A DNA stretch of 64,000 nt from the IMG/VR virus record IMGVR_UViG_3300025000_000055; one strand, given 5' to 3'. Source of the stretch: a virus (lineage: Duplodnaviria; Caudoviricetes). Of the stretch, positions 49,709 to 58,814 are shown in pieces. The number at the start of each line of letters is the position of its first letter. Position 1 is the stretch's first letter. Under the pieces are notes generated by a model, which made no database searches, had not been told where the DNA came from, and worked only from the letters and a program-made list of their open reading frames with translations. The position numbers and the translations under genes were made by a program.

Positions 49709-49833
49709 TTGATTCTACCTCCATTAATAGTTTTATTTACTTTATTAGTTCTTTGTATTAATTTTTAATACACTTAAATAATATATACTTAAAATGTATT
49801 TCAAAGAAATGTTTAATTTATATTAATAAATAA

Positions 49834-49965
49834 TTATCTTATTTCTTTAGAAGATCTGTTTCCATCTTCATAACCTAATTTGTATCCAATACAAAAAGTA
49901 ATAAAACCAATTAATATTGACGCACTTATAACTGACAAATTATTTACAATTAAATTATTTTCCAT
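49834..49965 (-). CDS. small membrane peptide (43 aa)
   Basis: AAGGTGGTG SD; MENNLIVNNLSVISASILIGFITFCIGYKLGY...; read by hand. Confidence 0.55.
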   Translation of the reverse strand: MENNLIVNNLSVISASILIGFITFCIGYKLGYEDGNRSSKEIR

Positions 49966-49980
49966 TAATTTCACCACCTT

Positions 49981-50163
49981 TCAACTATAAAATAAATATA
50001 TAGTAAAAATATATACTGATAATATACATAAACCAATCACAAGTAAAGATAATAAACTATTCTTATTAATTTTTTTTTGAATACTATATATTATAAAACC
50101 CATAAAAATAAATATCTGTAATATCAACCCAATAAGAATAGATATCTTAGTTATAGTACTCAC
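49981..50163 (-). CDS. small two-TM membrane protein (60 aa)
   Basis: Two hydrophobic segments, operon context. Confidence 0.6.
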   Translation of the reverse strand: MSTITKISILIGLILQIFIFMGFIIYSIQKKINKNSLLSLLVIGLCILSVYIFTIYLFYS

Positions 50164-50178
50164 TTATTTCACAACCTT

Positions 50179-50622
50179 CTATTCTGCTTTCAGTTTATTT
50201 AATAAACTGAAAGCATCCTTTAATAACATAATTTGTTTCTTTACAAAATCGTCAACATTTTCTTTATCGAATTTATTAATAATATCATTCATATTCTCTT
50301 TAGTTATTTTTAAATCATTTTCTAATACAAATAGATTATTTGTATTAATAAATAAATCCAATGCAGCTAATAAATTATGATAAATTAAACTATATGCAAA
50401 CTCATCTTTAATTTGTTCATCATTTTCATTGAATGTTTCAACCTCATCGATAATACTTTGAAACATTGAGAAAAATATATTATCTCTAGCACCAGCAAAA
50501 TCACCATACACTTCACATAAATCACTATGATTCACACTAAACGCCTTTATTTTATTAAAATCCTTTTTTAATTTTTTTTCTTTTAGTTTTTTATTTAAAT
50601 CGATAATATTAATTATAAACAC
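50179..50622 (-). CDS. hypothetical protein, paralog of 51107-51592
   Basis: Shared DLN.KLKEK.L, RD..F and AF.Y.LIY.NLL motifs. Confidence 0.75.
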   Translation of the reverse strand: MFIINIIDLNKKLKEKKLKKDFNKIKAFSVNHSDLCEVYGDFAGARDNIFFSMFQSIIDEVETFNENDEQIKDEFAYSLIYHNLLAALDLFINTNNLFVLENDLKITKENMNDIINKFDKENVDDFVKKQIMLLKDAFSLLNKLKAE

Positions 50623-50875
50623 ATCCCATTCTTTTTATAAATTTAGTTAATAAAATGTAGAATTTAATATAATTTATTAAAAATACCATAATGAAATATC
50701 TATCATTTTAAACAACTCCAAAATAGTTCTTTACTTTTCTAAATAATACTCTAGCTGTTTGATATACAAAAACTGACACATAAAATAAAAATATTATTAA
50801 ACATATATATTGTATACATTTTAGTACATAAAATATTATTTTTGCTATAACTAATACATACAAAGCTTCAAACAT

Positions 50876-51049
50876 TTATTTTTTCACCACCAATTTCATA
50901 TTTTTTATTTTTATAAATAAGACTTTAATTGCTGGATATAAGATATCTAAAGTACAATATATTATTACTAATATTAATATATAATTTAAATACTCTAATA
51001 TATATGATAAAACTATTATTATAGTTAATAAAAATATTGATCCAAACAT
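50876..51049 (-). CDS. small membrane protein (57 aa)
   Basis: AAGGAG SD; MFGSIFLLTIIIVLSYILEYLNYILILVIIYC...; read by hand. Confidence 0.5.
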   Translation of the reverse strand: MFGSIFLLTIIIVLSYILEYLNYILILVIIYCTLDILYPAIKVLFIKIKNMKLVVKK

Positions 51050-51106
51050 TTATGTTCTCCTTCTTATTGTTGCACATATTGTTTCAATAAACATTTTTTA
51101 TATATC

Positions 51107-51592
51107 CTAACTAATATATTTTACCATATTATCATAAACTATCATAATATTTTTTAAATGTTTTACTTGCTCTAATAGAACTTTATTCTCTTCAATTTTT
51201 TCATCACTGATATTTTTTTCCAATATTTGTATATATTCATCTATATTATCTTTATTTAATTCAGAGTTTCTTAGAATACCATCGACACTCATATCAATAA
51301 AAAGTTTTATTGAACCTAATAAATTTCTATAAATTAATGCATAAATAAAGGCATCAGTAAGTAAAAGCTTATTCTCTTTATCTGAGAATTCCTCACACTC
51401 TTTTATAATATCAGGAAGAAACCCATAGAATGAGAAATCTCTAATATCGTTAATCATATTAAAACCTGGTAATAAAAATTCATTATTAATGAAAAATTCT
51501 TTTACTTTGTCACCTTTAGCTTCTAGTTCTTTTTCTTTTAATTTATTATTTAAATCTAATAATTTGCCAAATCTTTTATTCATCTTAAACAT
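51107..51592 (-). CDS. hypothetical early-type protein, paralog of 50179-50622
   Basis: AGGAGG SD; TATATTAT 51624-51631. Confidence 0.75.
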   Translation of the reverse strand: MFKMNKRFGKLLDLNNKLKEKELEAKGDKVKEFFINNEFLLPGFNMINDIRDFSFYGFLPDIIKECEEFSDKENKLLLTDAFIYALIYRNLLGSIKLFIDMSVDGILRNSELNKDNIDEYIQILEKNISDEKIEENKVLLEQVKHLKNIMIVYDNMVKYIS

Positions 51593-51641
51593 CCTCCTAA
51601 AATTTATTATAACTTTCTATTTAATAATATATATTTATAAA

Positions 51642-51682
51642 AATATTAAAGAATGGATAGATTTAATCCATTCTTTAATATT
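51642..51682 (-). terminator. 17-bp stem hairpin terminator
   Basis: AATATTAAAGAATGGAT..ATCCATTCTTTAATATT. Confidence 0.7.
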
Positions 51683-51686
51683 ATAT

Positions 51687-54600
51687 TTATTTTTTAATAT
51701 TTAGACAAAATAAAATATATGATTTTAAATCTACTTCATATCTAATTTCATTGGGTATAGTATTTGATATTAATATAGGATAATTTTTATTAGACTCCAT
51801 TTTAGAATGTATATCCTCAATATATTGTTTTAGATGTATTAAAGAATTAAATGGTCCGTGAATTCCTAGTTGTTCCCCCCAAACAGTTTCAATCCAATAA
51901 ACCTTTTCATTTTTAATATAATAACATAAAGTATGATTAAATCCACCAGTATTTTCTTTTTCATTGTATTCAATAAAAAATAAACAATTAGCTTTATATA
52001 TTTTATTGTTATTAAATAAATTACGAATAAATATTGCTTGTTCATGAGATGAACCATTTTGAGTTTCAAGAAGTTCATCATCATTTTTTAATAAATTAAA
52101 TTCAGAGCTCTTAATATTATTTCTCATAAAATTATATACATCTTCATCACCATTAAAATTAGGTAAATCAGTTATATATAGTTCTGTAACAATATTATTT
52201 TCTTGTTTATTCATTATTTTTAATACATTTTTATCAACTGTATCTTTATTATAGTTTTCTAACTTACCTCTGGTTACAAAATAAGTTTCTTTTTGTTTAG
52301 TAAAATCATATGGTTTATATAAACTAGGATGTTTATCAATCATACCATTATTAGAAGCTTTTAATATTTCAGCTACAAATTGACTACAAAAATATTCATT
52401 TTCCCTATCAGTTTCTTTACCAATACTTATATTAAATAAACCAATAAAACTAAAACTTAATTTATCTTTTTTCTTTTTAAATTCATTTAGTTTATTTTTC
52501 ATTAAGTCTCTTTGTTCTTTAGTAACAAATATTACATAAAGGGAATAACTAGTATCTTTAATAACATCTTTAAGCAAACCATCTTTAATATCTTCATTAA
52601 TAAATGTCATATCAGAATCTTTAAATTTTCTACCAAAACTATACATATCATTTAAACTACTATCAAATGAAATACTTACATGACTATATGGATCGCCAGT
52701 AACAAACTTAATAACTTTAGCCATATTAGTATTAGTGTAAGTTAATAAAATAAATACTGGGTAAAGATTATTATTTGATTTATAAGATTCTTTAACAAAA
52801 TCTCTTTCACCCTCAAAATCAAATTGCCTATAATCTATAGTTAATTCCTCACCTTTTTTAATTTTATTTTTAGATTTATAAAAGTAAACTTTTTTCCCAT
52901 TTCTATTAGCTTGAACTAATACTAAATTAGGATTATTTGAATGATTAACAAATTGACCAGCTTTAGTTCGTTCATAATCTTTATCTGGATTACCAGTTTC
53001 ATTAACTTTCTTTATAGCTAATAATTTAGTATTATAATCAATACCTTTATTTGCAAATATACCTTTACCAGATATTTTTGAATCCTTAACATTATAGTAT
53101 GTTTCAGAAATATATGAATCATCTATCTTCTTTAAAGTTATAACTTCTAATTTTCTAGCACCACCAATATCATTTTTCATTTTATCATTTAAATATTCTT
53201 TAAATTGATAATCATTAATACTCTTTATTTCAATAACACTGATAATTTGTACAGGAGCCCCCCATTCAGTTTGATAAATATTATTCTCTAAATATTTATG
53301 TCTTTCGGCATATACACGTATAGTATAAACAATTTTACCAGAATTAAGTCTTTTTTTTATACTAACCCATTCGTTCTTTGGAAAAGTTATAACTGGTATT
53401 TTAATTTTAGTATTTTTTAATTCATTGGCATTAAAAAAACCTTCGTTACAAGGTATATCCCATTTCTTTTTAGCTTCTTCCTCCATTTTAACTAATCTAG
53501 TATAATAATCGGGTATTTCATCTAAATGATCTTTAGCTATCATTCTAGCTTTATCTAAATTTTTAGTGTGTTCCTGTTCAATTTTTATCCCTATTTTTAA
53601 TTGTTCAGAATCATAATTAGAATCTGGTCGTATATCATAACTAAGGTCAATAGCTTTTTCATCTTTATTCTCTTCTATAAAAGATTCTTTAATAAATTCA
53701 TCAAGAGATCTAATAAACCTTATATGTGTTTTATTAACCATGTCGCTTTTTTGTTCTTTAAACCCATATTTTTTAGCTAATTTGATAGATATATTATTAG
53801 TTTTTTTTATATTTAAAACAATTGATGTTATATCTCTTTTAGAACGATGACAGAATTGAATACCCTCATTCATTAAAACATGAGAAATACCTTTTCCACG
53901 AAACTCTTCTTTAATAAATATATTAAAGAAAGCATATTCTCTTTTAACCTTTACTTCAATAAATCCAGCATTTCTATTACCAACTTTATAAATGTATCTA
54001 AAAGATACTTTATTATAAAACTCCCTTGGTCCTAATTTTTCTTTATCTTTATTATCTCCTAATATTCTTAATGCACGTTGATATTCAGCTTCCATTATAA
54101 TATCAGTATTAATAATTTCATTATAAGATTCCATTAAAACAAATATAGGTCTGTTATCTTCACCATTAGATTCAATATATCTATCTTTAGCTTGTTTTAA
54201 AAATTCAAATATAGAATCATATTTTTTATCAATAACTTTGATATAACTAAAAGTTGTTTGACTCATTAATACTCTGTCTTTTAATTTTTCTTTTACTTTA
54301 TCAACTGCTATGATTTTATGATGGTTATTAGGATTTTCCCCACCTTGTTTGACTTCTATCTCTAATGCTAAAGAAACTATAAATACATCAGGAATATAAA
54401 ACTTTTCTTCACCTTCATATACATAATAATAAACATGAGGTGATGGTGTCATTACATCATCTGAATCAAATTGTAAAAATATATCTAAAAATTTTAATAA
54501 ATCTAATTCATATGAACCAGTATATGTTTTTTTATTACCATCAGACCATTCATACTCACCTGATATTTTTCTATTAGCTAACATTTTCTTTTGTTGTTCA

Positions 54601-54914
54601 GGACTACTTAATAAATGTATCTTACCATATTTACCAATCATCCTTTGTTTAAATATTTCTCTATATCTATCTTTACATTCAGGTCTTTCACAAAATCTTA
54701 AATATTTATTAGTAGTTTCATTCCATTTAGTGGGTCTTTTACATATAATACATCTTCCTTTATCTTTACCCGTTTTTACAAAATAAAAATATTGTGCTGG
54801 AGTAAAAGTTTTAGGAATCATACCCTCATGTTCTTGTTCAAGGTGTTCGTATAAATCTTCAATATGATTAAATTTATCTTCACATATATTACACTTAATC
54901 AAATTAAAACACAT
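51687..54914 (-). CDS. polyvalent multidomain protein: Zn-finger + TnsA-like nuclease, GNAT, DUF5661-like, unknown domain, SET, permuted papain-like amidase, transglutaminase-like
   Basis: C2H2 CNIC..H...H; YIPDVF..LEIEVK; EEFRGKGI..KYGF; GIKIEQEH..DHL.EIPDYY; GKGIFA..NHS..PN..GEELTIDY; YSHVSI..YFCSQFVA; NHTLCYY..WIE. Confidence 0.8.
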   Translation of the reverse strand: MCFNLIKCNICEDKFNHIEDLYEHLEQEHEGMIPKTFTPAQYFYFVKTGKDKGRCIICKRPTKWNETTNKYLRFCERPECKDRYREIFKQRMIGKYGKIHLLSSPEQQKKMLANRKISGEYEWSDGNKKTYTGSYELDLLKFLDIFLQFDSDDVMTPSPHVYYYVYEGEEKFYIPDVFIVSLALEIEVKQGGENPNNHHKIIAVDKVKEKLKDRVLMSQTTFSYIKVIDKKYDSIFEFLKQAKDRYIESNGEDNRPIFVLMESYNEIINTDIIMEAEYQRALRILGDNKDKEKLGPREFYNKVSFRYIYKVGNRNAGFIEVKVKREYAFFNIFIKEEFRGKGISHVLMNEGIQFCHRSKRDITSIVLNIKKTNNISIKLAKKYGFKEQKSDMVNKTHIRFIRSLDEFIKESFIEENKDEKAIDLSYDIRPDSNYDSEQLKIGIKIEQEHTKNLDKARMIAKDHLDEIPDYYTRLVKMEEEAKKKWDIPCNEGFFNANELKNTKIKIPVITFPKNEWVSIKKRLNSGKIVYTIRVYAERHKYLENNIYQTEWGAPVQIISVIEIKSINDYQFKEYLNDKMKNDIGGARKLEVITLKKIDDSYISETYYNVKDSKISGKGIFANKGIDYNTKLLAIKKVNETGNPDKDYERTKAGQFVNHSNNPNLVLVQANRNGKKVYFYKSKNKIKKGEELTIDYRQFDFEGERDFVKESYKSNNNLYPVFILLTYTNTNMAKVIKFVTGDPYSHVSISFDSSLNDMYSFGRKFKDSDMTFINEDIKDGLLKDVIKDTSYSLYVIFVTKEQRDLMKNKLNEFKKKKDKLSFSFIGLFNISIGKETDRENEYFCSQFVAEILKASNNGMIDKHPSLYKPYDFTKQKETYFVTRGKLENYNKDTVDKNVLKIMNKQENNIVTELYITDLPNFNGDEDVYNFMRNNIKSSEFNLLKNDDELLETQNGSSHEQAIFIRNLFNNNKIYKANCLFFIEYNEKENTGGFNHTLCYYIKNEKVYWIETVWGEQLGIHGPFNSLIHLKQYIEDIHSKMESNKNYPILISNTIPNEIRYEVDLKSYILFCLNIKK

Positions 54915-54931
54915 CCTTTCTTTTAAGCTAT

Positions 54932-54943
54932 TATGTAAATGTT
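54932..54943 (-). promoter_or_regulatory. late-type promoter AACA-N6-TA
   Basis: AACATTTACATA upstream of the polyvalent gene. Confidence 0.6.
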
Positions 54944-54973
54944 TTTTATATGTGCAAAATATAAATAAATAAA

Positions 54974-55008
54974 AAAAATCAGGTAGATATTTTATCTACC
55001 TGATTTTT
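54974..55008 (-). terminator. 16-bp stem hairpin terminator
   Basis: AAAAATCAGGTAGATA-TTT-TATCTACCTGATTTTT. Confidence 0.7.
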
Positions 55009-55403
55009 AATTTTTTTTCCTTTATGAATTCCATTAACATCATCTCAATTGTTTTAGTTATATAACCTATTATATATGTTTCAGTATAATAGTATTCTAA
55101 ACTTTTCATGAAGGGCTTATTAAATGACATTACAACCTTATGAACTAATTCACTTAAATCTTTTTCAAAATCATAGATCATTCTTATATCTTTTAATTCA
55201 TATTCCAATTTGTATTTTTCTAAAAATACTCTTTTTATAGTATCTTCTATAATACCCATTAAAATATCTAAGTCTTGAATATTATTTGTAGTAGGAGTAT
55301 TTTTCTTATTTTTTATATGATTAATTATACTAATTAAAAAACAGAAAATAGTAAAATAAGTAATAGATATTACACCTAATAATTTTATTAAATCAATATT
55401 CAT
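54996..55403 (-). CDS. membrane-anchored protein (135 aa), possibly lysis-related
   Basis: Single N-terminal TM segment; late-type promoter 55431-55442. Confidence 0.6.
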   Translation of the reverse strand: MNIDLIKLLGVISITYFTIFCFLISIINHIKNKKNTPTTNNIQDLDILMGIIEDTIKRVFLEKYKLEYELKDIRMIYDFEKDLSELVHKVVMSFNKPFMKSLEYYYTETYIIGYITKTIEMMLMEFIKEKKLKIR

Positions 55404-55522
55404 ATTAATTTAACCCCCTTAAATATATTCTAAATTATTGTTTTATGTATATTATTAATTTACTTATAATACATTTTAGTAATATTTGTTTATTATTTTA
55501 AGGTGGTGTTGTATAATATATT

Positions 55523-55942
55523 ATGGAAAACTTTAAAAAAGAAATCGATTTTGGAGTTGATAATTTTCAAAAACAAAAAGTTCTTAATAGTAATCAATCT
55601 ATTGCTCAAATTATAGTTAATTTATTTTTTATGAGACCTGGTAATATACCTAGTTTACCACATATAGGAATCAATATACACCAATATTTATATAGTATTG
55701 ATGATCAAGTTAATATTGATGGTCTTAAAGAAAATATATATAGACAATGCCCAGCTTTAATACCATATCTGAATATGGGTGAAGTAAAAGTATTTGTCGC
55801 TGAATATAAAGGACAAGGAATTTTAATGGTTGCTATCCCAGTATTAACAGATAACACTACAATTTTACTTGGTTTTACTAAAAACAATTCTGGGGATATA
55901 CTCTTCAATTATTCTATTGAAGAAAGTATAACTAATATTTAA
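55523..55942 (+). CDS. baseplate wedge protein (T4 gp25-like)
   Basis: IIVNLFFMRPGNIPSLPHIGINIHQYLY resembles the gp25 L.T..GER...P.FG..L..YLF pattern. Confidence 0.7.
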   Translation: MENFKKEIDFGVDNFQKQKVLNSNQSIAQIIVNLFFMRPGNIPSLPHIGINIHQYLYSIDDQVNIDGLKENIYRQCPALIPYLNMGEVKVFVAEYKGQGILMVAIPVLTDNTTILLGFTKNNSGDILFNYSIEESITNI

Positions 55943-55960
55943 AAGGATGGTGTTCTAGTA

Positions 55961-57460
55961 ATGAGTGATATTAAATTTGATCAAGGCATTGATTTACAGG
56001 CAATTATTAAAGAAAGTGAGTTAAATACTTTAAAAGAAGAAATTAATGATAATGAATTAACTCCAGTTATTGGAAACAATTGGATGAATAAGATATGCTC
56101 TGAAGAATTGGGACCTACTTTACCCAAAGATTCTATTAATTTATCTGATGTTCAAACAGAAAGTAAATATGAGGGTTTAGGTATTATAATAGAAAAATCA
56201 GAACAAGAGAAACCAACCACAATGAGAGAACAACCTGGTTTATCAAAAGAAACTATGAATAGTTTAGATGAATATATGAAAGATTTTGATGAAACTATTA
56301 GTGTTGTTAAAGAAAAAGTTGAAGAAATTAAATCTAAACAAGATGATGATGATGATGAAAAAGATGCAGCTGATGAAAAAATGACTAAAGATGAATTTGA
56401 TAGAGTTTATTCTGAAGCTGTTGTTGTTATTGATAAAACTGGTATGGGTACTATTATTAATTTTACCAATGAAGAAAGAGAAAAATTAGAAAAAGTGAAA
56501 AAAATTAAATTAGAGGAAGTAGAAACTATCAATCTGCAAGTCCTTAAAACTAAAAAGAAAAAAGGTAAAGTTGACACTATTCTTAAAAAGTTTGTTAATA
56601 TTCATACGACACCTATTGTTGCAGTAAATTCTGGTTATACTGCTATGATGAAAGGGTGTTCTGCATATGAATTAATGTCTATAATGGCAGATACTAAGAA
56701 TCCACTTATAGATGCCCAAACAAAATGGTCATTAATTCATAGTAAAATTGAGTCAACCAGTATTGGTATATTAACATATGAGGATTTTCTAATTAAATCA
56801 GCTGCACTAGATTACAATATGTATATTTATGGTATTCTTTGTGCAACATATCCTAATGATGATACAATTCCATTAAAATGTGAAAAATGTGGTAAAGATT
56901 TTGAACATAAATATTCAATTAAATCTCTAATTAGAGCTGAAAAGATGAGTGATAAACTTAAGCAAGAAGTTGGTTCTATTATAGATGCTTCGGTTAGTTT
57001 AGAAACAGCTAAATTTAAGCATAAAAATAGTTCTTTTTCTCAAGTCAAAGCTATTAGATTACCGGATAGTGGATTTATTGTTGAAATGTATATTCAATCA
57101 GTATACGATTATATTAATAAATCTATTAAAGAATTATCTGATAATAAAGATAGCAAGTACAATCAAGCATCTGTATTATCATCAGTTGTTAATAAAGTTT
57201 ATATTCCTGATGAAAAAGAACTAGATGAATACTTTGAATTCGATTCTGTTACGGATATAACTAAAATAATTTATTCTTTAAGTGATACAGATATTTTAAT
57301 ATTAAGTAAACAAGCCGATATACTTATGGATGGATTTGAATTCGGTTTAATGAATATTACTTGTCCAAATTGTAAACATCATAACAATACAGTTAATATG
57401 GAATTGGAGGAAATCCTTTTTCTCAAGTATCAGCAGGCAATGACTACCAAAATCGAATAG
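55961..57460 (+). CDS. baseplate hub/tail assembly chaperone (T4 gp26-like), acidic N-terminus, two CxxC
   Basis: LKCEKCG and ITCPNCK zinc motifs; follows the gp25-like gene. Confidence 0.6.
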   Translation: MSDIKFDQGIDLQAIIKESELNTLKEEINDNELTPVIGNNWMNKICSEELGPTLPKDSINLSDVQTESKYEGLGIIIEKSEQEKPTTMREQPGLSKETMNSLDEYMKDFDETISVVKEKVEEIKSKQDDDDDEKDAADEKMTKDEFDRVYSEAVVVIDKTGMGTIINFTNEEREKLEKVKKIKLEEVETINLQVLKTKKKKGKVDTILKKFVNIHTTPIVAVNSGYTAMMKGCSAYELMSIMADTKNPLIDAQTKWSLIHSKIESTSIGILTYEDFLIKSAALDYNMYIYGILCATYPNDDTIPLKCEKCGKDFEHKYSIKSLIRAEKMSDKLKQEVGSIIDASVSLETAKFKHKNSSFSQVKAIRLPDSGFIVEMYIQSVYDYINKSIKELSDNKDSKYNQASVLSSVVNKVYIPDEKELDEYFEFDSVTDITKIIYSLSDTDILILSKQADILMDGFEFGLMNITCPNCKHHNNTVNMELEEILFLKYQQAMTTKIE

Positions 57461-57471
57461 AACAATTCTAT

Positions 57472-57681
57472 GTGTTTCTTGATGAGATGTTAGAATTATT
57501 TAAAGGGCAACTTGATATTGATTATATTAAATATGGTATGTCATATAAAGAGGCTCTTTTATTAAGAGACACAAGAGTTGAAAGATTAAAAAAAGAAAGA
57601 GAAGAAATTGAGAAGGATAGAGAAATAGAATCGGCTAAAATAAAACAACAACAATTTCAAAAATCTTTCTTAAAAAAATAA
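57472..57681 (+). CDS. short tail-assembly-chaperone-like ORF (gp51/gpT-like); possibly the -1 frameshift extension of the upstream gene
   Basis: No SD at the GTG; frame open from 57397 and overlapping the upstream stop; MSYKEALLLRD motif. Confidence 0.55.
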   Translation: MFLDEMLELFKGQLDIDYIKYGMSYKEALLLRDTRVERLKKEREEIEKDREIESAKIKQQQFQKSFLKK

Positions 57682-57727
57682 CCCCATCCTGTTGATACAG
57701 TTTGTGTGAAAGGGGTTTAACAAACCT

Positions 57728-58108
57728 ATGCTAAATGATATTATTTCTGTATTCAATCAGCTTACTCGTAGTGAGTTGGCTGATTGTTCATTATTTGAAA
57801 ATATTATTAATAGACACTATGAAAAATTTAAATATTTTTATTCTATTATAGATAATATCAATTTAAAGAGTATAATAGATATTGACTGTCAAGAAGAATC
57901 AACAAAGTTAAATATTTATATTTCATTTAAAACAAAAAAAGAAAGAGATACATTTTTTAATATATTTATTAATAAAATTAATAATAGATGTAGTTTTAAA
58001 TATAAAGATTATTTTATTTTCAATGTTATGAGAGATACTAAATGTATTAATATAACAATAGAAAATAATGATATTATAATGGAAGAGGTGATTTATGGAT
58101 GCAAATAG
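57728..58108 (+). CDS. hypothetical protein (126 aa)
   Basis: AGGGG SD; overlaps the beta-prime start. Confidence 0.65.
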   Translation: MLNDIISVFNQLTRSELADCSLFENIINRHYEKFKYFYSIIDNINLKSIIDIDCQEESTKLNIYISFKTKKERDTFFNIFINKINNRCSFKYKDYFIFNVMRDTKCINITIENNDIIMEEVIYGCK

Positions 58109-58814
58109 AATTATATGACACTAAGAAATTTATTGAGGTTAATAATTTAAGAGAAATAACAAACTTAATTTTATTTGAGAAAGGGAATATTCCAACTGTT
58201 GATGGTTTATTATCAACAGATATTTTTGGAGTTTCGGCTAGAGAAAGAAAAGAAACATATGCTTATATCGATTTACACGGGCATTTCTTACACCCATTTA
58301 TATTTAAAACATTAAAACGAATGAATAAGAAATTTGAATCTGCTATATATGGTAATGTAAATTTTATAATTAAAGATGGTGAATTAATTGAAGATGAAAA
58401 TGGAGAAAGTGGGATAGAATTTTTATATAAAAACTGGGAGAAATTTGATTTTAAAAGAAATAATAGTATGATGAGAAATGAAAGAATTTCTGTTTTAGAA
58501 TCATATAAAAAAGATGTTCTATTTACTAAATATTGGATTGTTATGCCAGCTTTCTTTAGAGATGTAAATTTACAATTTGCAGCTGAAGGAAGAGTGTCAC
58601 ATCATGAGATCAATGATAAATATTCTAAATTAATTAGGTTCGCTTCTATAATTAATAATAATAATTTTGACTTTGTTTTAAATACAACTAAAGCAAAAAT
58701 TCAAGAAATGCTTGTTGAAATATATGATTTACTTAAAGGTAAAATAGAGAAAAAACAAGGGCTGATCCGTAAGTCTCTATTAGGTAAATCTATTGATTTT
58801 GGCGTTAGGAGTGT
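58099..58814 (+). CDS. rpoC: phage RNAP beta-prime-like subunit (N-terminal/catalytic half), exon 1 of 3 (spliced 58099-58814, 60039-60735, 61851-62012; 524 aa)
   Basis: YAYIDL, VMPAFFRD, GLIRKSLLGKSIDFGVRSV (LLGKRVDYSGRSV-like). Confidence 0.9.
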
